From NCBI GenBank assembly GCA_903813345.2, contig CAIIXF020000001.1:2480001-2544000 (forward strand): a DNA stretch of 64,000 nucleotides, read 5' to 3'. Under the pieces are notes generated by a model. That model worked only from the letters and a program-made list of their open reading frames with translations, had not been told where the DNA came from and did not search any database. Positions 1 to 12,891 of the stretch are shown here, in pieces. The first letter of the stretch is position 1; each line of letters starts with the position of its first letter. A program made the translations under genes and the position numbers. This stretch comes from Owenia fusiformis. Taxonomy: Eukaryota.

Positions 1-693
1 TCTACCTTCCAACAACATTAGAAAAAATATTTGATAAAGGATGACATGAGATAAAAAGTTGAGACTAATAAATTGTAAAATGTTTCTCCCTATCACTTTC
101 ATGAATGCAAATACAATTTTATAATAAGAAATATCTCGATTCAAAATTAAAACGAATGAGCTTATAGGTTGCTTAGGTTATACTGTATAACATACTGATG
201 CTTTTTAGAGATTTGAAGATCGACCCACAGAGGTATGCTATCGCACGTAACAGAGAATCTCATCTAGTGAATTGTCTATGTTTTTTATAATGTAATAATG
301 TATGTGTCTGTCAATGTATCATACTTCTTCTAACAGCCTCACTGAGGAATTCTTTCATGCACGTAATGTTAATAAAGCACATATATTGTAATGATATTCT
401 GTTTTATAATAGTCTTGCATCAGACCCCTTATTTACCTCATTTTCTCAAGACTTGGGTAAATCCATGTACCGTAGATTAGATAGTAAGGACATGGTTGAA
501 ACTTGTATGTAAGACTATGTTAATTAATATTTGTCTTCTATTTTAATAGTATTTGTCCAATACTCTATTCTTTTAAGAAACAATCTTAATTTAAAATATT
601 ATCCAATAATTTTAGAAACCCGCAGAAAATGCCAAGTGTTCTAAAATGTGTGTTCAAAGAACAGAAATGGGATAAACAATAAACAGATCATTC

Positions 694-833
694 TATACTC
701 ATTTCATGATGTTAGGCCTATCCCTGGGCCAACATAATATATCTGCCCTTTGGGCTTCAGGCCCTCAGGCAGATACATAATACTGGCCTAGGGATAATCC
801 CAGTATTCTGATTCTGAACCTCATATAGTATAA
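694..833. mobile_element. Small palindromic MITE-like element
   Basis: Imperfect inverted arms tatccctgggcc..tatctgcc / ggcagata..ggcctagggata, with tatact/agtata near the ends. Confidence 0.45.
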
Positions 834-1682
834 TCTCTATAGATTTACCATCACTTTAATATTGATGTATTTTGCATCAAGAACTAGCTTTATATGAGTT
901 TTTAAAAATGATGTCTGAACATTGCACAATGTTAATTGCATTACCATTACCTTAAAGATTTTAATTTAAGAGGAAAAAAGGCTCCAAAACTTAAATTTCA
1001 TTAGAAATTTCTCTTTCATTGGAAATAAATCACATCAACCAATGTATAATATGCAACTCGTGATTCAATACTTCAGTCAAATAGCCTTCATTTTTTATTA
1101 TGATGTGTATATTTCAAGGAATTTTGTGTATTGTTTGTGGAATAATGGACTGTCTGTGTGAAATGCTAATATTCTTTTAGACATAATCTATTTTTTGGTA
1201 TTGTTTTGAACATGAAAGTATATGTTAAAATGTTGATGTTGTTGGGCATGTATCTTATCCTTGTACCATTAGAAATTGTTACTTTATTTGTAATTTTTTC
1301 GAAAAGAAAACTTAAATCAGTATCACCAATTTAATATGTTTTATGATCAGATATGCCTTAGACGAATTCTCAATGAAAATTCATGTCACAGGAACAGAGT
1401 GGATGATGACTGGTGAATTGTGGAGACATAGTGTTTTTTGGCTTACAGAATAGGTTAGATATGTCCAGGTTAAAGAATTATGGTTTGACACAATCCCCCA
1501 AGAAATCTTGCTTCAATACTGTCGACCCCCCTTATCTTCTTCACCAACATAGAAGACCTTGTGAGAAGGTGTGTAGTGGTGAGGGGAGGGGTGGGTCACA
1601 AGGGCCTGTAGTTAGACTATCCTCCTAGGACAGTTGGATCTAGAAGCTATAAATATTAATCGCTCTATTGTTTATATTTTAG

Positions 1683-4167
1683 TGAATCATCCGGCAAGCA
1701 TACTGGTCCTGTGTGGCAATTGAGTTGGATTGAGAAGGAGAGAGGGTCAGGAGATGAGAGAATGGAGGTGTTGGTTTCAATATCAACAGATGGAAGAGTT
1801 ACACAATGGTATATAAGGAAAGGTTTTGAATGTGCAGGTAAGGATTGAGTATAAAGCTGAACAATATTTTAAAGAGTACTTATATCCTTTTATGTCGCAA
1901 TTTCGAAATTTTGCAGAGAAAATATAATCATTGAATTTGTTTACAATGATTGAACCACTGTGAACCACCATGTGATAACTTATATCTCCACTTGAACACA
2001 ATTTGCAAAATGATACAAGAATATACAAATTTATAATTGATAGATCTGATGCGGTTAAAGCGAGTGACTCCAAAGCAAGGTGCCCCAGCGATTGCAGCTG
2101 GCAAGGCCAAGGAAAAGAAAGGAGATGCCCTTATAGCAAGACAGGCAGGGGGAATGTGTTTCGACTTTAGTGCCAAAGATTCAAATATGTAAGTGAAATG
2201 ACTTTGAGCTACTTCGTACTAGAATGGCAGAATTGTGATCAAACTTGGAGGCATTATAAGTAACATTTCTGAACTAATTTTCTTCATAATGAAAACCCAG
2301 TCTTCACATTTTGTTTTTGAGTTAAAATATCGGAATACAATTAAAATCCACATTACTAAAACGAGACTAAATTGCTTTGCTTACAACAAGTGTTGCATTG
2401 AAATTGAAACTCAGGGATGATATCTTGTACTTCAGATACTTAGCAGGGACTGAAGAGGGCCACATACACAAGTGTTCCTGCTCTTACAATGAACAATATT
2501 TAGAGAGTTTCTTTGGTCACACGGTAAGTTTTACTGTACTGTATTTATAGAATTTAGATCACCTCCTACAAACATTGAGTTATTTATTTTCGTTTCAGAT
2601 AAATAAAGAAAATGTATTCTGATTCCAATTTATACACATGTACAATAATTTTTTCAGGGTCCAGTGTATAAGATCCAGTGGTCACCATTCATTCCTGATG
2701 TATTCCTAAGTTGTAGTGCAGATTGGAGTATACGACTATGGCTACAAGACAGATTACAACCTGTCTTAAACTTTTTCTCATCAACAGTAAGTTACAAATA
2801 TTTGTTTCATGTAGACAACCCTCTAGAAATTCATCATTGCATGGAGGTTCTTCTAAGAATTCTGGGTTATTTCCTCCTCTTGTATAAATCTCTATTTTAT
2901 TTCAAAAATGTCAAAATGAAAGAGAAATATAAAAAATAAAAAAAAGGTTTGAACATTAGGTTTTCGGATGAAAAGGCACATGTGGAAAATCCTTTACAGT
3001 ATGAGTAAATAAGACTGAAACTTATTTCTTTTCAGAAAGCTGTCCATGATATGTGCTGGTCTCCACGGTCCTCCACTGTGTTTGCATGTGTCAATGAGGG
3101 GGCAGTAGAAGTATGGGACTTAAGCCAGAGCACGTATGTTCATTGACCTATCTCTCTTAAGCAAGAATCTATATGTTAATAAATTGTTTTTTACAAGTAC
3201 CTACCTTTTAATTGTGTAGCAGGTTGTCCTGCTAGATACATGTTTCTTTGTAATTGATGACTATAAATAAATAATTATGACAACAGCAGGATTGAAATCA
3301 TTTTGCCATAATATTGTGTTTGACATTTTACAATTTCAGACTTGACCCAATCATTGTAAATACAGCAAACAGTGGGGTGAAGTTTTCTTCAGTCTCATTC
3401 TCCAGGAATTCAGAGGTAAATTTTCATCACCTTTGTATGAGGTCACTTCTTACACTGATTCTAGATGTAATCACTTTTGTTAGTTGGTAGGTGGTAATCT
3501 TACTGTTGACTGGGAACAAAAATTAAGGTCAACAGTTCTTTCTAGGCTTACAGCTGAGGTATGGTTGATCAAAGAGAGGAGTTAACAATTGTTTGATTAA
3601 AAATATTTGGGAAAATACATCTGGTTGATAATCTAAAAGCAATGCAATCCTGCATTGAAATCCTGGGATCAATTATTGCTACCAAAACCTATCTAGTATA
3701 TTTTCAAACTGTACATTTATATGTAAGAAATAGAAATAAGTGGTTAATGACACCTCAATAGATGTCATTATAGAACCCTATGGGTCAACAGTCAACAGTA
3801 CATTGTAGCAGCTGTTGACTTTTAATGAACCAATTGCAGTTTGGACAAAGTGCCGAAATGCCATGCACTAGCACGTTTCTTTAGAATTTAATTGAATAAC
3901 TATGTATAATTTGGGTGAATTCAAATGTCCAGTTGAATAGTTAATACTGCACACCTCGTGTAAGAAGCCTTCAGTTCAAAACATTTTTTATTCCAGAGTA
4001 TATTAGTAGGAGACAGTGAGGGTCAAGTGACAGCATTCCAACTGCGCTGTATGCCTAAGCCACCTAAACATCAGGCTGATGCTCTACATAAGATCATCAA
4101 AAGTTCTCTAGCGAGTCAGATGCAAGGATCTAAGGACACTAAAGACACTCCAAAAGAGCCAAAATAA
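1683..4167 (+). CDS. DNAI4: Axonemal dynein intermediate chain 4 (WD repeat protein 78), 3' exons only; 5' part lies outside the window. Exons approx. 1683-1837, 2044-2188, 2436-2523, 2658-2786, 3036-3133, 3340-3415, 3997-4167(TAA)
   Basis: GT-AG exons join into WD40 repeats: KHTGPVWQLSWIEKERG..LVSISTDGRVTQW / YLAGTEEGHIHKCSCSYNEQYL / [30 protein letters not shown] / WSPRSSTVFACVNEGAVEVWDL / ILVGDSEGQV, which I recognise as the WDR78 C-terminus. Confidence 0.9.
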
Positions 4168-6089
4168 ACTCTATTAAAGCTCTTTTCTCTTGAGAATTTA
4201 GAATCTTAGTTCGTGTTTCCAAGGCCAGAGATTCAGTCGTAAATTCTGGTATTTTTGGTGTACAAAGAGTGATGGACAGTCCTAGTGTAGCTAAGTGGTT
4301 CAAAATTGTCTCATAGATTATTTTGAGCGATTGAATTCTTCCGCACAAAGACAGCTGTCATTGAGTAGTCTCTTCAGTGGAGTCATGTGTTAATTATAAC
4401 ATATTGTGATACAAACAATATCCATGAAAAGAATGAATGAAAATGGATCTCTTATATACACATGTATGTATGTACAGTACATGTATGTTTTTTATTGACA
4501 TTTGTGTCATAACAATGATATATGGGTCAAAAAATTCCGTCCAAACATAAATTATCTTGTATAATTTTATATAGTTTATGCTCAACTTTGTTGAACCATT
4601 TTTATATTTGCATTATTTATGGAAATATTCTGTTAACTTATTTAATATAAAATAAATAAAAAATGTTCAAAAATGAAACTCAACTTGGTTTCTTGAGGTT
4701 CAAATACATAAATGAAGCAATAATACTTTATTGATGGACCAGACAATTATACAAAATGGACCAAATGCAAGTAGTGCATAGAAGAATGAGAACTTGGAAG
4801 ACAGCAACTCCCAAGAATAGAAAATCCCACGGAACAAAGAAATATCAATTTACACATCATTTTGAACATTTCATGATAGAAATAACCAGGTAGTAGTATT
4901 GTCTGTTTTTGGCAAAATCTTCACTCATGATGTTACTTATATAACTTTACTTGACTTAGATTAAGGGACAAAATCTTAAACAAATCTGACAAGTGGTTTA
5001 TTTGAGGAAGGTCTATCAAAGATTATTTATCACAAAAAATGCAGCTATAAACAAGTGTTCATCAATTAGTTTTTTTTCATGAAAAATCGAAGTCCTTTTG
5101 AATTTGGAGGTCATCCTATCTCCCCAAGGTCTTTAACATTTGAACCAAGTCTATGTGCTGGTGTTTGGGTTATCGATGATTCACAAAATATGGCAGCCAG
5201 TTTAAGCAACTACTTTTATTGAACATTAATACTTGAGCAGAGGTTTTATGCCCTTAAGGCATGAACCAAAAATATGAACCAAATCCAATAAACGATACTT
5301 GAGTTATGGCAAAGATGGATGGAGAGACAGCTTCTCTATATCCCAATTGAACTTTGTTCGATAGGATAATTTTGGGTGGACCAAAGACAAGAATTTGATC
5401 TATGAATAATTGTACATTTCAAAAGTACTAATAAATGTTTAGATTGATAGACTGTAATATTTATTCATGATCTTTACTAATTGATGTAGAACTACATGTC
5501 AAATAATAAAATGTATTTGTACAAAATGAGATAAAAATGCTTCAAAGTATAATTCTACACATGTTCAATGTACTTTGATTTTTCTCAATTCATCTACATT
5601 ATTGAAAGATTCAAATAGATATACATACAGTATTATTTTTATATTATGACAAACAACGCCACACTACTTATTATTGATTATATATTGTTAAACATAATTC
5701 AATTCCTAATACGCTAATACATAGATATCTGATCAAACAGAAGTTATATTATTGGGGATCTAAAATGAAAAACTCTGACACAAAGTCAGAACTTCTGAAC
5801 CTTTTAAAAAAATAGGCAACTATCAACTCAACTCATCCCAATCCCTTTTACTGCCTCAAGTAATAATGATCTTCAAATACTAAAAGCTAATATTTTATAC
5901 AAGTACACCACGCTTTATATTTGAGGCTCAACTCTTGAAACAGTCAACAATCTTTAAACAAACAAAATGATCCCAAATATTTAATCTAAAAAAATTGTGA
6001 TGTCTCATTAGTTTAAATGAAAACACAAAATGAAATGCATCATATTAGAAGTGTAACTAATAAATATTTGAGTCGCTTTTAAAAAAATA

Positions 6090-6982
6090 AATAGTACTGT
6101 GGGTACTGGGCTCACATGGTGTTGCTCAAAAGTGAATGATGGCTAAAATGGCAGAAAATAAAAAAAAATTTTGCCGATTTTTTGTAACAAAATCATTTCA
6201 TACAACTACTCTTTATAGTGACATGGCATTTTACAACACAGGACACCTGAAATTATTTGTAAAGCTAGGAAATGGGCCAAACGTGAATTTCGCGAGACAA
6301 AAATGGTGACCATTTTGAACATAGGTGAGCTTTTGAACCAGGAGTCATAGGGGATTTTTAATTCTATATTGATGTTGAACAAAAATAACTTAAAACGAGA
6401 ATCCTATTGACAGAGGTTTTAAGGCAAATGGTCCTAAAGTGGATTTCGCGAGACAGATGGACAAATCAAGGTTAACTAAATGGCTGAAAAAAAAGCGGAT
6501 ACAATTTTTTGCCAATTTTTTGTAACAAAATTATTTCATACAACTACTCTTTACAGTGACATGGTTTTTTACAATGCAGGACACCTGAAATTATTTGTAA
6601 AGCTAGGAAATGGGCCAAAAGTGAATTTCACGAGACAAAAATGGTGACCATTTTGAAAATAGGCAAGCTTTTGAACCAGGAGTCATAGGGGAGTTTTCTG
6701 TATTGATGTTGAACAAAAATAAGTTAAAACAGGAATCCTATCGACACAGGTTTTAAAGTAAATGGTCCAAAAGTGAATTTCGCGAGACAAAAATGGTGGC
6801 CATTTTGAAATTAGGCGAGCTTTAGAACCAGGAGTCATGGGGGGTTTTTGATATTGATGTTGAACAAAAATAACTTAAAACAGGAATCCTATTGACAGAG
6901 GTTTTAAAATGGGCCAATTGTTGACAGATGGACAGACAGACCAACAAGTGAGTGATTGCAATAGCTCACCATGTGAGCTAAT
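6090..6982 (+). mobile_element. Helentron/DINE-like non-autonomous element with internal tandem repeats
   Basis: Repeated blocks (gtgaatttcgcgagacaaaaatggtgaccattttg; ttgaaccaggagtcatagggg; ttgatgttgaacaaaaataa), a gacaga microsatellite, and a terminal hairpin agctcaccatgtgagct; the same hairpin recurs at ~50347. Confidence 0.6.
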
Positions 6983-7072
6983 GATCACGCATGATGATAC
7001 TTCTGCATAATATTCATTAAAATCTATGAATTTAATTTTTGAAAAAATGTGTTCTTGGATACTCCCTTTAAT

Positions 7073-9391
7073 TTATTCTGAATCATTGTTACAAACTTGG
7101 AAACCATACATCTCCTGTTCACCATCATCTTTCTCAATCTTAACAACCACATTCTCAAGAGTTCCCACATCTGTGTTGCTCACAAAATCAGATAATAATT
7201 TTTCACGAGAAAGTGACGTTTCTGCTCCTGCATTTTCCCCACAGTTGCAGAGTGCTTGACTGCCATTTGTATGATTGTGGCATGTTGAATAGTCATCATC
7301 TATCGGCTCAGTCTTGACTACAACTTCAAAGTCATTCTCTCTATCATTTAGTTGGGTTTCACTTACATCAGAGATTCTTTTATTCAATTTTGGTCTACCT
7401 CTTTTCTTCTTCCTTTTTACTTCATCTGGATTTTTACGTGGTCTCCCACGCTTACGTTTGAGTATTTGATAAGGTTCAACAACATCATCATTTGTTCTCT
7501 CATCCTCATCCGCTGGCTCAATCTTGAAATCATCATCTGCACTATCAGGCTGTGTGTCATGATCAAGGTCAGTATTCTTTTTTAGCTTTGGTCTACCTCT
7601 TTCCTTCTTCTCTGTAACTTGATCAGGATCCTTCCGTGGTCTTCCTCGCTTGCGTTTAACTCCATCTGTCCCTTGCACAGTCTTGTTTTTTAACGCTTTG
7701 ATTGATCCACGAAGGTCTTGACTCCAACCATATTTTTTGGGTTTGTCAACTTTCTTGAATTCTTTTCCTGAGTAAAGTTTTTCCATTAGAGCTTTAAAGA
7801 CATCATCAGGTTCATTCTTTAATGTTGGATGTGCAGCTTTCAACTGTTGATGTATCTCGGATTTATAATGTTGTCTTAGTCTAGGTGCCTTAGCATAAGC
7901 TCTCTTGCAAACACCACACTCATATAGATTCTCGTACCCAGGGTGGTAGACACCTATGTGAGAAAGTAACGATTCAATCTCATTCGCAGCATATTCCTCA
8001 CACATAGGACATGGATAGGGTCTGTTTGGATCATGTGTGGTCATGTGATTTGCCATATTGCTTTTGTTGGAGAACTGTCTCGGGCACTCGGGGCACGTGA
8101 AAGGCATCACATGGTCTGGGTTATGCTTTTCTAAATGTCTTTGCAGGTTCTGCTTTGATTTAGTCATATGGTTGCACTTATCACATTTGAACATTATCTT
8201 ATCTTTATTTTCAGTATGCATGTTCTTTTTATGCTTTGCGAGATATTTTTGACAAATAAATTTTTTATGACACAAATCACATTGAATATTTTTTTCTCCT
8301 AAATGTACATCCATATGTTTCTTAAGATCTCCAACCATTTTAAAGCGAAAGTCACATATTCCACATTTAAAAGGTCTCGTATTTGCATGCTTTCTCTGCT
8401 TATGTTCCTTAAGTTCCCAAGGACGCTTGCATTTAAAATTGCAATTAGGGTCTTCACAAAGAAATGGCTTCTCATCAGAGTGGTGAATAAATTTATGCCA
8501 TTTTAGATCAGATGGTAACGCAAAGCAGCTTGAACATTCCTCACATTTGTGCTTTTTCTCAGCCTTCTCATGTATTTGTCTTGTGTGATGTCTTAAGTTA
8601 GAGTTGTATTTTGATTCATAGTCACATCCCTCAAAAGTACATCTGAATACCCTTAACTTATGCGCCGCACTATTGTGTCTATAGACATTGTCCCGGCTAT
8701 TGCTTGAGAAGTCACAGTTGGGTTCAGGGCAAGGGAAAAATTTATCCTTTACTTTTGGATGCTCTTTCTTGTAATGAGTTCCCATATCATCTTTGCCCAT
8801 ACATGTGAAATGGCAATATTTACACTCGTATGTTTTCGCTGGTCGTCCAGCTCCAGAAGCTCTTTTACGACCATCTGTTTTCTTATCCCTCTTCGTCTTC
8901 GTCTTTTCCTTCACTTCTTTGAAGCTTTGTCTCCACAAGTTAGCATCATATACAGAAACTGAAGCAATCTCTTGGTCATTTATTGATTCATTAAGCTCAT
9001 CAGATGCTTCAGTTTTAATTTCATCTATTGAAAGGTCAATTTCATCATTATTGTCACATATGAAACTATCGCCTTTCTCTATATCGGCATGTGTGAAACT
9101 ATCTTTGTCTTTAATGTCATTTATGAAACTATCATCTTTGTCTTCATTGTCACTCATGGCAGTATGATCTTTATCTTTATTATCTCCTATGAAAGTATCA
9201 TTTTCATCTTGATCATCACTCATGAAAGTATCACCTTCTTCTTTACTGTCATCTGTTAAGCCTTCATCTTTAGTGTCACATGCTTCACCATCTGTATTCA
9301 TATTGTCATTTGTTAAAGTGAACTGATTGTTTATATTGACACCTTCATCTGATGACTGGATAGTTACACTCTCTTCATGTAAATCTGACAT
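7073..9391 (-). CDS. 772-aa C2H2 zinc-finger protein (11 fingers) with four AT-hooks and an acidic N-terminus; single coding exon
   Basis: ORF track; 11 C-x2/4-C...H-x3/4-H units (CKYC..HYKKEH through CGVC..HYKSEIH); RGRP hooks KRKRGRPRK x2, KERGRPK, KKRGRPK; splice acceptor just upstream (exon starts 9405) and a donor near 9880 imply a non-coding 5' exon. Confidence 0.9.
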   Translation of the reverse strand: MSDLHEESVTIQSSDEGVNINNQFTLTNDNMNTDGEACDTKDEGLTDDSKEEGDTFMSDDQDENDTFIGDNKDKDHTAMSDNEDKDDSFINDIKDKDSFTHADIEKGDSFICDNNDEIDLSIDEIKTEASDELNESINDQEIASVSVYDANLWRQSFKEVKEKTKTKRDKKTDGRKRASGAGRPAKTYECKYCHFTCMGKDDMGTHYKKEHPKVKDKFFPCPEPNCDFSSNSRDNVYRHNSAAHKLRVFRCTFEGCDYESKYNSNLRHHTRQIHEKAEKKHKCEECSSCFALPSDLKWHKFIHHSDEKPFLCEDPNCNFKCKRPWELKEHKQRKHANTRPFKCGICDFRFKMVGDLKKHMDVHLGEKNIQCDLCHKKFICQKYLAKHKKNMHTENKDKIMFKCDKCNHMTKSKQNLQRHLEKHNPDHVMPFTCPECPRQFSNKSNMANHMTTHDPNRPYPCPMCEEYAANEIESLLSHIGVYHPGYENLYECGVCKRAYAKAPRLRQHYKSEIHQQLKAAHPTLKNEPDDVFKALMEKLYSGKEFKKVDKPKKYGWSQDLRGSIKALKNKTVQGTDGVKRKRGRPRKDPDQVTEKKERGRPKLKKNTDLDHDTQPDSADDDFKIEPADEDERTNDDVVEPYQILKRKRGRPRKNPDEVKRKKKRGRPKLNKRISDVSETQLNDRENDFEVVVKTEPIDDDYSTCHNHTNGSQALCNCGENAGAETSLSREKLLSDFVSNTDVGTLENVVVKIEKDDGEQEMYGFQVCNNDSE

Positions 9392-9879
9392 CTCTGTTGA
9401 TTCATCTGAAAATAAATGACAATAATATTTTACTCAAGGCATGAAGGTTGGTCCCACTCTATGTAATAATTGAACCAACTGAAAGAAAAAGACAAAGAAT
9501 GAGTTATGTGTACCTTAAAATAACACGAGACTTCAATTAGGAAGGCATTAAAATTTCAGAGCATGAGCCTTTACAGTCAAAAAGTTGATTTTTGAAAATG
9601 TTCAATTCCTTGTTTCAAATCCCTCAGCCTACTTACTATAAATGTGGATCAATTGATTGAGTGTGTTGAGTTCCGCCATTTCGAAACCTGTCACATCAAT
9701 CCTCCTTGGATCACAAACATGGCGTTTCATGAAAATATTTGTTCGATTTGGTAGGAATTTATCCATCATTTGCGGGTATGAAGCTTTGGATTCATTTATT
9801 GTGCTACTTACAGTGGGGATCATAAAGAATTGCAAAAGCTATGAAAATTACATGCTGTCGCACATGTAATAAATTCTTA

Positions 9880-10980
9880 CCTCAGTGTATTCAGTGCTCT
9901 ATTTTCTCCGTCTTAGTAAGTCCAAATATAGTGGAATTTGTGTCCCTAATGACAAATAAGAACTTCAAAAGTTGAATTGGATATTCACATGTTATGCCGA
10001 CTCTTCAAATGTTGAGGTGATTTTGTCGCCCGATTGCGCCAGAACGGAGGATTGGCTCCCAGAATGCAACATGACACGTGCGAGCTTTCAAAATGCTGTT
10101 CCGCCATTTTGAAACCTGTCATGAGTAAATACGGTTAACTGATGTTGCATTCTGGGAGTCAACCGTCCTTGGATAACAAACATGGCGATTCATGAAAACA
10201 TTCATTCGATTTGGTAGGGATTTATCCATTATTTGCAGGTATGAAGCTTTGGATTCATTTATTGTGCTACTTTAGTGAACGGGAATTATTTTTCTACCGC
10301 TTGGGAGAGTTTGAGACACGAAACTTGGAAATAAGCTCATTGTGACAACTTGTGAACGTTGAGTTTTATTTTTGTCCCCCACTGTAGAGTGAACGAGCAT
10401 TATTTTTCTATGAAACTTAGAATTTAGCTCATTGTGACAACTTTTGATGGTTGAGGTTTATTAATGTCTCCGACTGTACTGTGTAGGTCTATTCCAATAA
10501 GCTAATTAGACAATGGCTAATTAGGCTAAAAAAAGTCAAGTTATAAAATTTCTTCCAAGAAAATTAAAAACCTTTTGAAGACTAATTACTGAATTATTAT
10601 AAAAGTTTATGGCTCCGTAAAGCCAAAATTTCCAATAGGAATTAAGATAATGAAATATATTTTACATTGACTGTAGATCTAAATATTTACAAAAATATGA
10701 GGGCGATAGACTAATAATCTAGAGTATTTTTAATTTGGATATTATTGGTAAGAATAGGGGCCGAATACTTTCAAGTAAACTTGCGAAAATTAAAGGGATA
10801 CATAGAAATGCAAGGGTAAATACAGTTTAAAGTCAAATTTCTTATCAGTTTTGAATATACCGGGATAAAATACCCACCAACAAAGGACCAGCTTTCTACT
10901 TCCTGGACGAAGCTCTTCTGTATTGGAGGAAATAATAAAATGGCGGTCGCGGTCAAAGCATGAACATTCGACATTTCAGG
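9880..10980. promoter_or_regulatory. Probable bidirectional promoter for the zinc-finger gene (-) and NUP155 (+)
   Basis: Local CpG increase; YY1-like AAAATGGCGG on + (~10937) and on - (ccgccatttt at 10101); ZNF143/Staf-like TCCCAGAATGCA in both orientations (10056-10071, 10143-10158); outward-facing donors at ~9880 (-) and ~10980 (+). Confidence 0.6.
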
Positions 10981-11199
10981 TAATATTGTCTTATTAGGGG
11001 TGAAATTGGGACAGAATGGGGTTCTTAAAGAATCTTTTATAAAATAGCTTTCGATTTAAATACATAAATTTCCGGAGATTATTGCGAATACATTGTAAAT
11101 TGATCTGTAAAAATATTTTCCAAAAACATGAAAAATTCAAAAATTTCATTTGAATCCAGTAGGCCGATACTTACGCTTGGATCAAGAGAGGAAATCCTG

Positions 11200-11529
11200 G
11201 GGCCGTGAATTCGTGCGATCCCCAATCCAATCCGCATAAATTTTATCTTTTGGGATAAATCTTGGATTACTAATCCGATAAATATTTGGTGAATTCATAC
11301 GATTCCGAGGATTATGTGGGGGAATGCCCAAGTTTGCATTGGAATTTGGATAAAATTTATCCAAAGAGTAATCCACCTCAAGAGGTGGATTGAGATTTAT
11401 CCTGAGATTAATCCCAAGGTCGTACGAATTCACCGACTTTTGGATTAATTCTTTGATTATCCCACAATGCATCATTACTATGACAAAATTTATCCGGATC
11501 GGATCTCGGATCGTACGAATTCACCGCCC
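11200..11529. mobile_element. MITE, PIF/Harbinger-like
   Basis: TIRs gggccgtgaattcgtgcgatcc / ggatcgtacgaattcaccgccc flanked by ctg / cag (CWG-type target). Confidence 0.65.
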
Positions 11530-12254
11530 CAGGTCTTTAAAGATGACACACACAATTACGTCTCTTGCTTACTATCTTCGTTTGTCAGAAATATAACAAG
11601 CTAAAACAACACGTCATTGTGATATTTAATTGATGTTTCACCTAAGAAAGGCAAGCAGTTCAATGAGAAAAATAAGAGTTACCTTGTGATTGTAAATGTG
11701 ATCCTCCCGCGCCTACCAGATGGTGGTATACATTGAGTGATTTGAACCCTGTCAGTTTAATTTTGTCAACATAGAACACGAGTGGAGTAATCCATATATA
11801 GTAATTAGCACAAAATTAGTCTTCGTAATTTTTCAATGTTTCCATTTTCGTATCTTTGCGCACGTGATGTTGCCTCTATCATGAAATTTATATGATTGTA
11901 TCATTAGTCACAAAATTTATTATATATTGTAAAAAGTCTAACAATGCCCCGGATTTTCACCTGATACCAAGTAAAGGTTTTTTCCGGGAATGCCCTTATC
12001 TCCTCTAACGAGCTATGATACTGGTTAAAACTAATATTTAAAACCACCATTGAATTATCTGTTGACCAGTCAGCAATACAGATTTACATTATAGACGTAT
12101 GTCATCTCTGAACCCTTGGGTTATTCCCTCTCTTGCTTGGATCAAATAAATTAATGTTTGTTGATCAGACAAAGTTATTCAAAAAAGTAGAATCAGGTTA
12201 GGAGAGAGAAATAAAGTATCAGTCAGTATGTTTGTTTATAGTCTTAATTTGAAA

Positions 12255-12372
12255 CATAGGATCAAATCCTACACTAAGGGCTGATGAAAAAAAGTCACTC
12301 CATCCTGGTGGGAATCTAACCCACAACCTCCCAATTACATGTCAGATGCCCTACCACTTCGAGCTACAGAGC
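12255..12372 (-). mobile_element. tRNA-derived SINE-like fragment
   Basis: Minus strand reads gctctgtagctcgaagtggtagggcatctgacatgtaattgggaggttgtgggttagattcccaccagg: A-box and degenerate B-box, but poorly paired stems. Confidence 0.55.
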
Positions 12373-12891
12373 AAACTGACTCTCTCACAGCAATTTTGCA
12401 TATATGGCTCAGCCATGACTCTAATTGGGGGAAATACTATTTCAGAAATTGACATGTCATGTTCAAATCTGAAAATGCTCCTTTTGTTCCAAGTCCAGAA
12501 CCCCAGATACCAAGTCTAAATAGTTATATTGAAACAGTATTGAAATCCTATTCGAGCTACATGGAAAAATCCTTCATTCTTGTAATTATTTTGGTATTTT
12601 GAGAATTTTTGTAAGTCAAATGAGCATGACATTTTACCAAACAATATGAAGAATTTAGCACAATGTTTTTTCAATTTAAAAGCTATTTAATCTCAGACAA
12701 AATAAATCACCAATGCAATGGGTAAATCATTCTTTCTTCTGCAGAAATTTTGTTGTAAGCCAGTTTTGATGTAACACAAAGTTGTTGAAAACTTGTTCAC
12801 TTCAAACCTTAATATGCTTGATAGTAACTTAACATAATTTCCGTTTCAGTTACATTTAATCTGAGAATTCTACGATCACAGTTTATCCATA

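Noticed and set aside
1-1680. Additional DNAI4 exons or the 1413-1628 ORF
   Set aside because: No WD40-like translation bounded by convincing splice sites; treated as intron
9364-9405. Out-of-frame AUG at the first base of the ZF coding exon, forming an overlapping uORF
   Set aside because: Present in the sequence, but the true 5' exon structure is uncertain, so no regulatory claim can be supported
11182-11596. Overlapping ORFs on both strands
   Set aside because: They lie within a palindromic MITE and show no protein motif
11921-12014. Sequence shared with 54750-54855, first taken for a common regulatory element of both divergent promoters
   Set aside because: It is the right arm of the MITE at 54356-54850
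12304-12372. Possible tRNA gene
   Set aside because: Acceptor and anticodon stems pair poorly and the B-box is degenerate; better explained as a SINE head
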